Under the pieces are notes generated by a model. It was not told the origin of the DNA, did no database searches, and saw nothing but the letters and a program-made list of their open reading frames with translations. DNA of 64,000 bases, from the NCBI GenBank assembly GCA_965238075.1, contig OZ250173.1:864001-928000 (forward strand), written 5' to 3'. The stretch's first letter is position 1, and each line of letters begins with the position of its first letter. Positions 38,101 to 46,607 of the stretch are shown piece after piece. This DNA comes from Candidatus Entotheonellaceae bacterium (GTDB taxonomy: Bacteria; Tectomicrobia; Entotheonellia; Entotheonellales; Entotheonellaceae). The translations under genes were made by a program, and so were the position numbers.

Positions 38101-39628
38101 TGCCGAGGCCCGCACGGCAACGGCTTACGCCACCATCGAATGGAACGGCTTCTCGCCCTTCATCTCGGATTTGGCGGAATTCCATCCCCAGGAAGTGGAG
38201 GCGGTGATTGGCGGCGAAGTGAGTGCGGAACTGAGGGTCGGGGGTTCTCACAGTCAGCTGTCAACCCTCCAGAATCTCGTGTATGCGGACAGTAACCTCA
38301 AACGACTTGTCATCCCTCGTCTGATAACTGAACTGGAATCGTGGCCCGAGCCCTGCACGGAGGATTCGGGGCCGAACCTGGCGCACCATCTCGATCACGT
38401 ACTACGCATTCTGCGCAACGCAAATGATGGGGCGGACCGGGGAGCAATCGCGCAGATGTGTGCCCATCGGTACGAAGCCGATCCAACCGGCCCACTGGCA
38501 CTAAATTGGCTCAGGGGGTTGTTCCAGTTTGATGCGGTACGGGGGACGCAGGCTTTGATCGGACAATTCGCGGACGGCAATGACCCCGGCACTCGCAAAC
38601 GCGCGGTCGAGACACTCGCCGCACTGTTTGGTGGGCGCGACCCCATTGGTTTCGAGATCACGGATACGGGTCAACGCGCTCGTCTCCTTGGTCAACTTGT
38701 CCGGTATGCCTACGCGTTCATCCGACCAGAGGAAGATGAGATTCACGAAGTGGTGTATACACCGAACGCACGGGATAACGCTGAAACGGCTCGGAACTCC
38801 CTGCTCTCCTGGTTACTCGACACGCCTGGAGCCGAGGCCCGCCGTATCGTCCTGGAACTCGCTGAGGAGCAGGATTTCGCGCACTGCAAGGATCGGCTGC
38901 GGCTACTGGCTCGGCAACGAGCGGCCACTGACGCTGAGTTTCCACCGTTTGATGCCAAGGACGTAACTGACCTTGAAGATCGTTACGAGGCTCCTCCGAA
39001 AGACAGGGATGGCCTGTTTGCCGTTATGATGGATCGGCTGGACGACCTCCAACATGACTTCGCCCACAACGATTTCTCAGATCGGCGAACGGTTCAGAGA
39101 ATCGACGCGGAATCGGAGATGCAACGCACGCTTGCCCGGCGAATCAAGGAGAAAGCGAACGGTGCCTACTTGGTAACGCGGGAAGAAGAGGTAGCCGATG
39201 GGAAGCGTACCGACATTCGGCTCTCGACTACCAAGGGTGACCAGAAAGCCGTAATTGAAGTGAAGATCGCGGACAAGGGCTGGACATTGACCAATTTTGT
39301 ACAAGCCCTCCGGGACCAATTGGTAGGGAAGTATTTACGACATGCGAACTGCAAGGCCGGTTGCCTGTTACTGACTTATCACGGAAAAAAGAAGCACTGG
39401 GAACACCCTGAAACCAAAGAACGAATCAAGTTTCCAGAACTCGTTACAATTCTGAAAGACAAAGCGCAGGCTCTTGAGGCGGAAACCCAATATGATGTTC
39501 GCATTGCAGTGTTTGGCCTCGACCTAACCGACCCAACGCCCAATAATCCTGGCTTTGAAGAAAGGATGGCCAAAGCCGAAGACGTCATCGGCCGCTATCG
39601 CAATACGCTGCACGTTTTGGCCAAGTGA
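35189..39628 (+). CDS. STAND/NACHT-like NTPase with C-terminal PD-(D/E)XK nuclease and antitoxin-like tail (putative anti-phage)
   Basis: Walker A AEAGSGKT, Walker B FFLDAVDE, sensor IISCRP, winged-helix RFHHRSVQEYLAA, long helical middle, REEE..KRTDI..IEVK..QL..KYL nuclease; lower GC than the flanks. Confidence 0.8.
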   Translation: MMEFVDLQRQFHDVPRDAELEETEHLVSLSEHESGPSFGWSKLLESMRVVLLAEAGSGKTKEMEEQAKRLAQEGRFAFFVALDDLERERVVHILSPDEEESFKRWRANGQETAWFFLDAVDELKLTGGKLGRALNRLSKDLNGLLDRARVIISCRPSDWRPIVDLDTVQNALPVPQRSGHASLQPSEEMFIQALRKDFGHTSPYRDEGEDSADREGVRIVRMLPMNRTQIRLFAEQSGVNDAAGFLNEIDRENAGTFAQRPLDLSDLITAWINSSCLGTRAQQHEANVAAKLKDGPDRPDSGVLPDAKAQLGAERLALALALTRTRTIRSPEQAPDIRSAKGILDAADILTDWTEAERQALLRRALFDPATYGRVRFHHRSVQEYLAARRLRALREDGMSTKALFRLLFAERYGVKVVLPSMRAITAWLALWDDAVRKELIEREPETLISFGDPGTLDLATRSDLLRAFVGRYGQGDWRGLDFTIDNVLRLSHPELAPVIRECWGDEPANHDVRGLLLQLIWQGSIRDCADLADVAARKTDWDPAHRIAAVRALLACGCDDSVRELANEMLAYPESWPAEIVYGVASDLFPDIITVKELATLIEEWPRESDQVARDFDWALRQIVQTIEPGSAQAVDLRGKLVDLIWHGREETQGLYDIRSEFEHLAPELARLCERQLPEVSRSPSDELIRACVIACRFGGKESGRQEPVGRLRTHFDTNSNWRNDAFWAELAFMDKVVPSDDDRLRLHHVEMDGLVGALVDADRPWLETALEDESRPERQVVALHALLRGWLRRAGAASELDRLRAKFKDATSFGRVLAEWTAWREQDEKVKRMEQKARVAAGARDDREAQRLEDWKKWRKEMLVDPADAFSAEKLKSTIHNLYQWLRAARPNQSRYGLWDKDALVQAFGLEVVNLAETAFQEFWRTTLPILWSARPVNESGSTPHDWIYGLQGLLAEASKPGWTAALSPAEARTATAYATIEWNGFSPFISDLAEFHPQEVEAVIGGEVSAELRVGGSHSQLSTLQNLVYADSNLKRLVIPRLITELESWPEPCTEDSGPNLAHHLDHVLRILRNANDGADRGAIAQMCAHRYEADPTGPLALNWLRGLFQFDAVRGTQALIGQFADGNDPGTRKRAVETLAALFGGRDPIGFEITDTGQRARLLGQLVRYAYAFIRPEEDEIHEVVYTPNARDNAETARNSLLSWLLDTPGAEARRIVLELAEEQDFAHCKDRLRLLARQRAATDAEFPPFDAKDVTDLEDRYEAPPKDRDGLFAVMMDRLDDLQHDFAHNDFSDRRTVQRIDAESEMQRTLARRIKEKANGAYLVTREEEVADGKRTDIRLSTTKGDQKAVIEVKIADKGWTLTNFVQALRDQLVGKYLRHANCKAGCLLLTYHGKKKHWEHPETKERIKFPELVTILKDKAQALEAETQYDVRIAVFGLDLTDPTPNNPGFEERMAKAEDVIGRYRNTLHVLAK

Positions 39629-40014
39629 CGGAACCGGTTTGGATTGAAACGCGGGACGTGCTGGAACTGCACGACCGCCTTCTTGCGTTGGACGGTGGCG
39701 CAACAGGGTTACGTGACAACGGCTTGCTACAATCCGCTCTGGCGCGGCCACGGCAACTTTACGCCTACGCGGATAATCCCAATCTCATCGACATGGCGGC
39801 GGCATACACGGCTGGTATCCTCCGCAATCATCCATTCTTCGATGGTAACAAGCGCACAGGATTCGTGGTCGGTATTCTGTTTCTCGAGTTGAATGGTTAT
39901 AACTTCATTGCTACGGAGGAGGCCGCGACTCAGGCTGTTATAGAACTGGCCGCCGGCACATTCGACGAAGCGGGTTACAGCGCGTTCCTTCGCGCAAATT
40001 CAGAGGCGAAATAG
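39625..40014 (+). CDS. doc: Death-on-curing (Doc/Fic) family toxin
   Basis: GG..GLRD.GLLQSALARP, NHPFFDGNKRTG Doc motif; GTGA overlap with the upstream gene. Confidence 0.93.
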   Translation: MTEPVWIETRDVLELHDRLLALDGGATGLRDNGLLQSALARPRQLYAYADNPNLIDMAAAYTAGILRNHPFFDGNKRTGFVVGILFLELNGYNFIATEEAATQAVIELAAGTFDEAGYSAFLRANSEAK

Positions 40015-40041
40015 GCAAGGTTCACAGCAAGGAGGCAGACC

Positions 40042-41025
40042 ATGCGTTTCCCAGCATACCGGGCGCGTCGGTTGCGTGAGCGGCAAGGGTGGCGCCGTTT
40101 GGTGCAAGAGACGACGTTGAGCCCGAGCGATTTCATCTACCCCATGTTCATCACGCCGGGCAGCCGAGTGCGCCAGGAGATTTCCTCGCTGCCCGGCCAG
40201 TATCACCTGTCCGCCGATATGGCTGTCGAGGAGGTCAAGGACGTCGCAGACCACGGCATTCCAGCGGTGCTGCTTTTCGGCCTGCCCGAGAGCAAGGACG
40301 CCGTTGGCAGGGAGGCGTACAGCGCCTCTGGCGCGGTGCAGCAGGCGATTCGGGCCATGAAGAAAGCCGTGCCCGACTTATTGGTGATCACCGATGTGTG
40401 CCTGTGCGAATACACCGACCACGGCCACTGCGGCGTCGTGGAAGGCGAGCACATCGCCAACGACGCAACCCTGGACCTGCTGTGCCGCACCGCGCTTTCG
40501 CACGTCGAAGCCGGCGCCGACATGGTGGCGCCGTCTGACATGATGGACGGCCGGGTACAGGCCATCCGCGCCAGCCTCGACGGCAAGGGCTACGCGCAAA
40601 TTCCCATCATGGCATACGCTGCCAAGTACGCCTCGACCTTCTACGGCCCCTTCCGGGAGGCCGTACAGTCGGCGCCGCAGTTCGGCGACCGGCGTTCCTA
40701 CCAGATGGCGCCGCCCAACGCCCGTGAGGCGTTGCGGGAAGTGCGGCTCGACATCGAAGAAGGCGCCGACATCGTCATGATCAAGCCGGCCCTACCCTAC
40801 CTCGACATCATTGCACGGGTTCGGCAGACAACGGACGTTCCCCTGGCGGCCTACAACGTCAGCGGCGAATACGCCATGATCAAAGCGGCGGCGGCGAACG
40901 GCTGGCTAGACGAGTCGCGCGCCATCCTCGAAGCCCTGACCAGTATCAAGCGCGCCGGGGCCGACATGATCCTCACCTATCACGCCAAGGAAGCGGTTCG
41001 TCTGCTCCCCACCCTGGACTGGTAA
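40042..41025 (+). CDS. hemB: Porphobilinogen synthase
   Basis: DVCLCEYTDHGHCG, APSDMMDG, FYGPFREA, MIKP, AYNVSGEY. Confidence 0.98.
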   Translation: MRFPAYRARRLRERQGWRRLVQETTLSPSDFIYPMFITPGSRVRQEISSLPGQYHLSADMAVEEVKDVADHGIPAVLLFGLPESKDAVGREAYSASGAVQQAIRAMKKAVPDLLVITDVCLCEYTDHGHCGVVEGEHIANDATLDLLCRTALSHVEAGADMVAPSDMMDGRVQAIRASLDGKGYAQIPIMAYAAKYASTFYGPFREAVQSAPQFGDRRSYQMAPPNAREALREVRLDIEEGADIVMIKPALPYLDIIARVRQTTDVPLAAYNVSGEYAMIKAAAANGWLDESRAILEALTSIKRAGADMILTYHAKEAVRLLPTLDW

Positions 41026-41050
41026 TCGCCGACCTGCGGGAAGAAAACGG

Positions 41051-41611
41051 ATGCGCATCGGGGGCGGAAACACCAAGGGGCACCGCCTGCAAACAGTCCC
41101 CGGACGACAGGTACGGCCCACCAGCGGGCGGGTCCGACAAGCCCTCTTCAACACGTTGCGGGAATGGATTCCCGGTTGTATCTTCGTAGACATGTTTGCC
41201 GGCACCGGGAGCGTGGGTCTGGAGGCTCTGAGCCAGGGCGCCGGGCACGTTTATTTCGTTGAGAGCAACCGTCGCGCCCTGCTGGCCCTACGCGCCAACG
41301 TCAGCCGTTGCGGTGTCGAGTCACAGGCAACCATCGTGGCAGCGGCACTGCCCCAGGCGGTGCGGAAGCTGCCGGCGACTCAGCAAGTAGACGTTCTCTT
41401 CCTCGACCCGCCTTACGCGTCGGATTTGGCAGAGGCGACGCTCAGCACCTTGGACGGTTACGGCCTCCTGGCACCCGATGGCCTGATCGTTTGGCAGCAC
41501 GCCGTGCCGCGTGAGCCGCTTGCTGTGCCGGGCTACAGACTTTGGCAAAACAAACGTTACGGCAATACGCAGCTTTCTTTCCTCACCCCAGCGAAAAAAG
41601 GATCCCCGTGA
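41051..41611 (+). CDS. rsmD: 16S rRNA (guanine966-N2)-methyltransferase
   Basis: MRIGGG..RPT..VRQALFN, DMFAGTGSVGLEALS, FLDPPY, KRYG. Confidence 0.93.
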   Translation: MRIGGGNTKGHRLQTVPGRQVRPTSGRVRQALFNTLREWIPGCIFVDMFAGTGSVGLEALSQGAGHVYFVESNRRALLALRANVSRCGVESQATIVAAALPQAVRKLPATQQVDVLFLDPPYASDLAEATLSTLDGYGLLAPDGLIVWQHAVPREPLAVPGYRLWQNKRYGNTQLSFLTPAKKGSP

Positions 41612-42690
41612 ACAAGCGCGTGGTTGTGGCAATGAGCGGCGGCGTTGACAGTTCGGTGTGCGCCGCCCTGCTGCACGCCCGGGGTTACGAGTGCATCGGC
41701 GTAACCATGAAGCTCTGGGACGGCCCGGAAGCCGTCGAGGGGCATCACAAAACCTGCTGCACGCTGGACGACGTTTCCGACGCGCGGCGGGTCGCCGGCC
41801 AGTTGGGCATCCCCTTCTACGTGGCGAATTTCAAGGAGCCGTTCGCCCGGCACGTCATCGACGACTTCATCTCTTCCTACCAGAGCGGCTATACCCCCAA
41901 CCCGTGTGCACAATGCAACCGCTACCTGAAATTCGCCGCCCTGCAGCAGCGGGCGCAGCAGCTTGGCGCCGACTTCGTGGCCACTGGCCATTACGCGAGC
42001 GTGGTGTGCGCTGATGACGGGCGGTACCACATCCGGCGCGGCAGGGATGCCGGCAAGGATCAATCGTATTTCCTCTTCGATCTGTCTCAGGAGCAGTTAA
42101 GCCACGCCATGTTTCCGCTCGGTGATTTCAGCAAGGACGAGGTGCGGGACATGGCCTCGCAATTCGGCCTCAAGGTGGCGTCGAAGCCGGAGAGTCAGGA
42201 GATCTGTTTCATTCCCAGCGGCGACTACCGGACGTTCCTGCGGCCCAGGCTGGACGCGGACGCGGTTCGACCGGGACCCATCGTCGATACCTCCGGCAAG
42301 GTGCTCGGCGAACATCAGGGCCTGCCGTTTTACACCGTTGGCCAGCGGCGCGGTCTGGGCATCGCCGCGGCGCAGCCGTTGCACGTGGTCAGCGTGCAGC
42401 CGACCGACAACATCCTGGTGGTCGGGACACGGCACGAGGCGGCGCTGGACGCCTTCATGGTGGAGCGCCTGAACTGGATGCAAACACCCCCCGAGCGTCC
42501 GTTAGACACCACCGTGCAGATTCGCTACCGCCAGCAGCCCATCCCGGCAACGGTGCATCCTGTTGACGGTGAGCAGGCCCGGGTAGAGTTGCGCGAACCC
42601 CAGTTTGCCGTCGCACCCGGGCAGGCAGCGGTGTTCTACGACGATGATACGATCATCGGCGGCGGCTGGATTGCCCGCCACGCAGAATAG
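41608..42690 (+). CDS. mnmA: tRNA 2-thiouridylase
   Basis: AMSGGVDSS, TPNPCAQCN, ATGHY, KDQSYFL, ESQEICF, YTVGQRRG, PGQAAVFY; GTG start at 41608. Confidence 0.97.
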   Translation: MNKRVVVAMSGGVDSSVCAALLHARGYECIGVTMKLWDGPEAVEGHHKTCCTLDDVSDARRVAGQLGIPFYVANFKEPFARHVIDDFISSYQSGYTPNPCAQCNRYLKFAALQQRAQQLGADFVATGHYASVVCADDGRYHIRRGRDAGKDQSYFLFDLSQEQLSHAMFPLGDFSKDEVRDMASQFGLKVASKPESQEICFIPSGDYRTFLRPRLDADAVRPGPIVDTSGKVLGEHQGLPFYTVGQRRGLGIAAAQPLHVVSVQPTDNILVVGTRHEAALDAFMVERLNWMQTPPERPLDTTVQIRYRQQPIPATVHPVDGEQARVELREPQFAVAPGQAAVFYDDDTIIGGGWIARHAE

Positions 42691-42712
42691 GACATCAGTA
42701 GGAGGGAAGGTC

Positions 42713-43165
42713 ATGGCAGCGGAGCATTCGCCGGAGGACCAGGAGGAGAAAGGGTTCGTCGTATCCGACAAGCGATTATTCACGCCTTCCGGGGAAAGAG
42801 TCACTGACGCCAGCCCGCCCGAACCTGCCGAGCCCGAAACGCCACCGCCGCCCAAGCAGGAGGAACCTGCAGCGGCCCAGCAGCCGCAAACGCCGCCGAC
42901 GGAAACCGCTCCGCAAGACCTGCCACCGGTCGATTTCGCCGCCTTCGTGATGATGCTGACCAACAACGTGATGGTTTTCCTCGGTCAGGTGCCCAACCCG
43001 CTTACCCAGCAGCCGCAGGTCGATTTGGCGCAGGCGCAACACACCATCGACATCATCATGATGCTGCGGGAAAAGACTCGCGGCAATCTGACCACCGAGG
43101 AAGACCGCTTTCTGAAGGAATTGCTCCCGCAGCTTCAAATAGCCTACGTTCAGGCCAAACAATAA
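42713..43165 (+). CDS. DUF1844 domain protein
   Basis: FVVSDKR..LPPVDF..LGQVPNP..DL.QA..TID...L.EKTRGNL..EE. Confidence 0.85.
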   Translation: MAAEHSPEDQEEKGFVVSDKRLFTPSGERVTDASPPEPAEPETPPPPKQEEPAAAQQPQTPPTETAPQDLPPVDFAAFVMMLTNNVMVFLGQVPNPLTQQPQVDLAQAQHTIDIIMMLREKTRGNLTTEEDRFLKELLPQLQIAYVQAKQ

Positions 43166-43261
43166 GTCGGATAAACGCGGAAGGACGCCCACAGCCCCAC
43201 GAAGCGAGCCAGCGCGCGTAGACGGGGCATATTCGTTGCGAAAGCACGAGCGGAGCGAGTG

Positions 43262-45073
43262 ATGGGACGGGTGCAGACGTTGCCCGAGGGTGTGATCAAT
43301 CATATTGCCGCCGGCGAGGTGGTGGAGCGCCCGGCTTCCATCGTCAAGGAACTGCTCGAAAACGCCCTGGATGCGCAGGCGCAAACCATCAAGGTGGCGG
43401 TGCAAAAAGGCGGCGTCGAGCTAATCCAGGTGGACGACGACGGCATCGGCATGGACGCCGACGACGCGGTGCGGTGTTTCACCCGCCATGCGACCAGCAA
43501 GATAACGGCCTTGGCGGACCTCGACGACCTGGCGACCCTCGGCTTCCGCGGCGAGGCGCTCCCCAGCATCGCATCGGTGTCTCGCCTGCACCTGGTCACG
43601 CGGTGCCAGACAGACAAAGCCGCGACGCGCGTCAGGATAGACGGCGGCGAACTTGCAGGCGTGGAAACCTGCGGCGCCCCGCCGGGCACGTCCATACGGG
43701 TCAGCGAGCTTTTCTACAACACCCCGGCCCGCCTGAAATTCCTCAAGCATCCTACCACTGAGGCCAGCCATATCACCCAGTGCTTCACCGGTTTGGCCTT
43801 GCTGGCGCAGCACGTCCACATGAGCCTCCATTTGAATGACCGGCTGCATACCCAGGCGCCGGCAGGGAGCCTCGGTGAGCGCATCGAGGCAATCTTCGGG
43901 GCGGGTCTGCAGCAGGAACTGTTGCCGCTGGAGGACAGCACAGACGGCCTGCAAGTTCACGGCTTTATTGCCAAGGCAACCTTTCACCGCGGCACGCGGC
44001 GGCAGCAATTCCTGTTCGTCAATGGGCGCTTGGTGCAGAGTCGACCAGTCAGCCACGCGCTCTATGAGGCATACCGAACGCTGCTGCCGCGAGACCGACA
44101 TCCGGTGAGCTTCCTGTTTCTCACCCTGCCCGGCAGCGACGTTGACGTGAACGTGCATCCGGCCAAGCTTGAGGTGCGTTTTCGTCAAGAGGCGCGCTTG
44201 TACGACCATTTGCGGCGGCTCTTCCAACGGCGCTTGCAGGAAAGTCTCAGCGCCCCCATTCCGAACGCCGCAGGCAACGGCCAGACGGCATTCTCGACCC
44301 CCGATCCGGCCGGCCGTGGCAACGTGCCCATGATGTGGCAAACAGGTCAGGTCAGTGCCGCCGAGACGCGAGTGGAACCCGACGACGTGCCCGATCCCTC
44401 CCCGCCTGTTGGCTGGCCTGCGCCCACCGAGCCGGCTCAAGGGCTCAAGCTATACGCCGGTTATCCGGAGGCCAATCGTGTCATCCTGGAAGGGCGCCCG
44501 GTGGGGCAACTGCACGACACCTACGTTTTGCTACAATACCCGGGTGGTGTGATGTTCGTTGACCAGCACGCGGCGCACGAACGCGTCGTGTACGAGCGTC
44601 TACGCATCCAGATGGACGACGGCCCGGTGGCATCGCAGCGCCTCCTGTTCCCGGCCACGCTCGACCTGGGCGCCACCGACCCGCAATGGGTCGAAAGTTG
44701 CCTGCCGCAACTGGAATCGCTCGGTTTCGGTCTGGAGCACTTTGGAGGCAACACCTTTCGCCTGCTCGGCGTGCCAGCCGTGCTTGCCAGCCGTGACTAC
44801 TCCGCTGCTTTAATGGATATTCTCGAAACGCTGCGCTCGCCCACCGTCGAAGACGTGTTTGAAGAGGGCTTGCCGAGGCTCTTCCACCGCCTGCTGACGG
44901 TCACCGCCTGTCACGCTGCCATTCGTGCCCACCAGCGCCTGCAAGATGAAGAGATGCACGCCCTGATGCACGACTTGGCGCGCAGCAACATGCCGTTCAC
45001 ATGCCCGCACGGACGGCCCGTGCTTCTACACGTCGCCCTGCCCGAAATCGAAAAGAAATTCCTGCGGTGTTAG
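43262..45073 (+). CDS. mutL: DNA mismatch repair protein MutL
   Basis: [47 protein letters not shown] endonuclease motif, CPHGRP. Confidence 0.97.
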   Translation: MGRVQTLPEGVINHIAAGEVVERPASIVKELLENALDAQAQTIKVAVQKGGVELIQVDDDGIGMDADDAVRCFTRHATSKITALADLDDLATLGFRGEALPSIASVSRLHLVTRCQTDKAATRVRIDGGELAGVETCGAPPGTSIRVSELFYNTPARLKFLKHPTTEASHITQCFTGLALLAQHVHMSLHLNDRLHTQAPAGSLGERIEAIFGAGLQQELLPLEDSTDGLQVHGFIAKATFHRGTRRQQFLFVNGRLVQSRPVSHALYEAYRTLLPRDRHPVSFLFLTLPGSDVDVNVHPAKLEVRFRQEARLYDHLRRLFQRRLQESLSAPIPNAAGNGQTAFSTPDPAGRGNVPMMWQTGQVSAAETRVEPDDVPDPSPPVGWPAPTEPAQGLKLYAGYPEANRVILEGRPVGQLHDTYVLLQYPGGVMFVDQHAAHERVVYERLRIQMDDGPVASQRLLFPATLDLGATDPQWVESCLPQLESLGFGLEHFGGNTFRLLGVPAVLASRDYSAALMDILETLRSPTVEDVFEEGLPRLFHRLLTVTACHAAIRAHQRLQDEEMHALMHDLARSNMPFTCPHGRPVLLHVALPEIEKKFLRC

Positions 45074-45114
45074 CGGGACACCGTCCGCGCCTACGGTTCC
45101 AGAAGGAGGTCACC

Positions 45115-46578
45115 ATGCTCGAAGAATCCCTGCCCGAGGGTTTGACATTTGACGACGTGCTGCTGTTGCCCGCCTATTCGGACGTACTGCCGCGCGACAC
45201 CGACGTGTCGACGCTGCTGACCAACGATCTTGAACTCAACATCCCGCTGCTCAGCGCGGCGATGGACACAGTCACCGAGGCCAATCTCGCCATCGCCCTG
45301 GCGCAGGAGGGCGGCATCGGCATCATCCACAAGAATCTCAGCATCGAGGCGCAAGCCGCCGAGGTCGACAAGGTCAAGCGATCCGAAAGCGGCATGATCG
45401 TAGATCCCATCACCATGGCGCCACACCAACGGGTGCAGGAAGCCATCGAGGTGATGACGCGCTACCGGATTTCCGGCATTCCCATCACCGAAGGGCCAAA
45501 GCTGGCGGGGATTCTCACGAACCGCGATCTGCGTTTCGTGACCGACTTGCAGCAGCCGCTGTCCGCCTTGATGACCTCCGACAACCTGGTCACCGTGCCG
45601 CAGGGCACCAGCCTGGGCGAGGCGCAGAAATTGCTGCACCAGCATCGCATCGAGAAGCTCCTGGTTGTGGACGACGCCTTTCACCTGAAAGGGCTGATCA
45701 CCATCAAGGACATTGAGAAACGCCGGCGCTATCCGCTGGCTTGCAAAGACACCCTGGGCCGTTTGCGCGTCGGGGCGGCGGTCGGCCTCGGGGAAGACCG
45801 GCACGAGCGGCTGGCGGAGCTGGAGCGTTACGGCGTGGACGTGGTGGTGGTCGATTCGGCTCACGGACACGCCACCAGCGTCCTGGCGGCAGTCGAGGAA
45901 GCCAAGAAGATGTACCCCGGCCTGCAGGTCATCGGCGGCAACGTCGCCACCGCCGAAGCTGCCAACGCGCTCATCAACGCCGGTGCCGACGCGGTGAAGG
46001 TCGGCATGGGGCCGTCGTCCATCTGCACGACGCGCGTGGTGGCGGGCATCGGCGTGCCGCAACTGACGGCGATCGCCGAGTGCGTCAAGGTGGGCGAGCG
46101 ATTCGGCATCCCCATCATTGCCGACGGCGGCATCAAGTACTCGGGCGACATCGTCAAGGCACTGGCGGCCGGGGCCTCTTGCGTGATGATCGGCAGCATT
46201 TTCGCGGGCACCGAGGAAAGCCCGGGCGAGCGTGTTTTGTACCAGGGCCGCAGTTACAAGACCTATCGCGGCATGGGCTCCCTCGGCGCCATGTCCGGCG
46301 GCAAGGGGGACCGCTATTTCCAGGGCGATGAGAAACAGACGAGCAAGCTGGTGCCGGAGGGTGTTGAGGGGCGCATCCCGTACAAGGGCTCGCTGGCGGA
46401 CGTGGTGTATCAGCTCGTGGGCGGTGTGCGGGCCGGCATGGGCTACTGCGGCTGCGGCACCCTAGCGGCCCTGCGCCGCGACAGCCATTTCATCCGCATC
46501 ACCAACGCCGGCTTGCGGGAAAGCCACGTGCACGACGTCATCGTCACGCAGGAAGCGCCGAATTATCAGTCCGAGTAG
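45115..46578 (+). CDS. guaB: IMP dehydrogenase
   Basis: [19 protein letters not shown] pair, [23 protein letters not shown] 45115 after AAGGAGG. Confidence 0.98.
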   Translation: MLEESLPEGLTFDDVLLLPAYSDVLPRDTDVSTLLTNDLELNIPLLSAAMDTVTEANLAIALAQEGGIGIIHKNLSIEAQAAEVDKVKRSESGMIVDPITMAPHQRVQEAIEVMTRYRISGIPITEGPKLAGILTNRDLRFVTDLQQPLSALMTSDNLVTVPQGTSLGEAQKLLHQHRIEKLLVVDDAFHLKGLITIKDIEKRRRYPLACKDTLGRLRVGAAVGLGEDRHERLAELERYGVDVVVVDSAHGHATSVLAAVEEAKKMYPGLQVIGGNVATAEAANALINAGADAVKVGMGPSSICTTRVVAGIGVPQLTAIAECVKVGERFGIPIIADGGIKYSGDIVKALAAGASCVMIGSIFAGTEESPGERVLYQGRSYKTYRGMGSLGAMSGGKGDRYFQGDEKQTSKLVPEGVEGRIPYKGSLADVVYQLVGGVRAGMGYCGCGTLAALRRDSHFIRITNAGLRESHVHDVIVTQEAPNYQSE

Positions 46579-46607
46579 CACAGCACATTCGAGGAGAAGG
46601 TGCGTTC

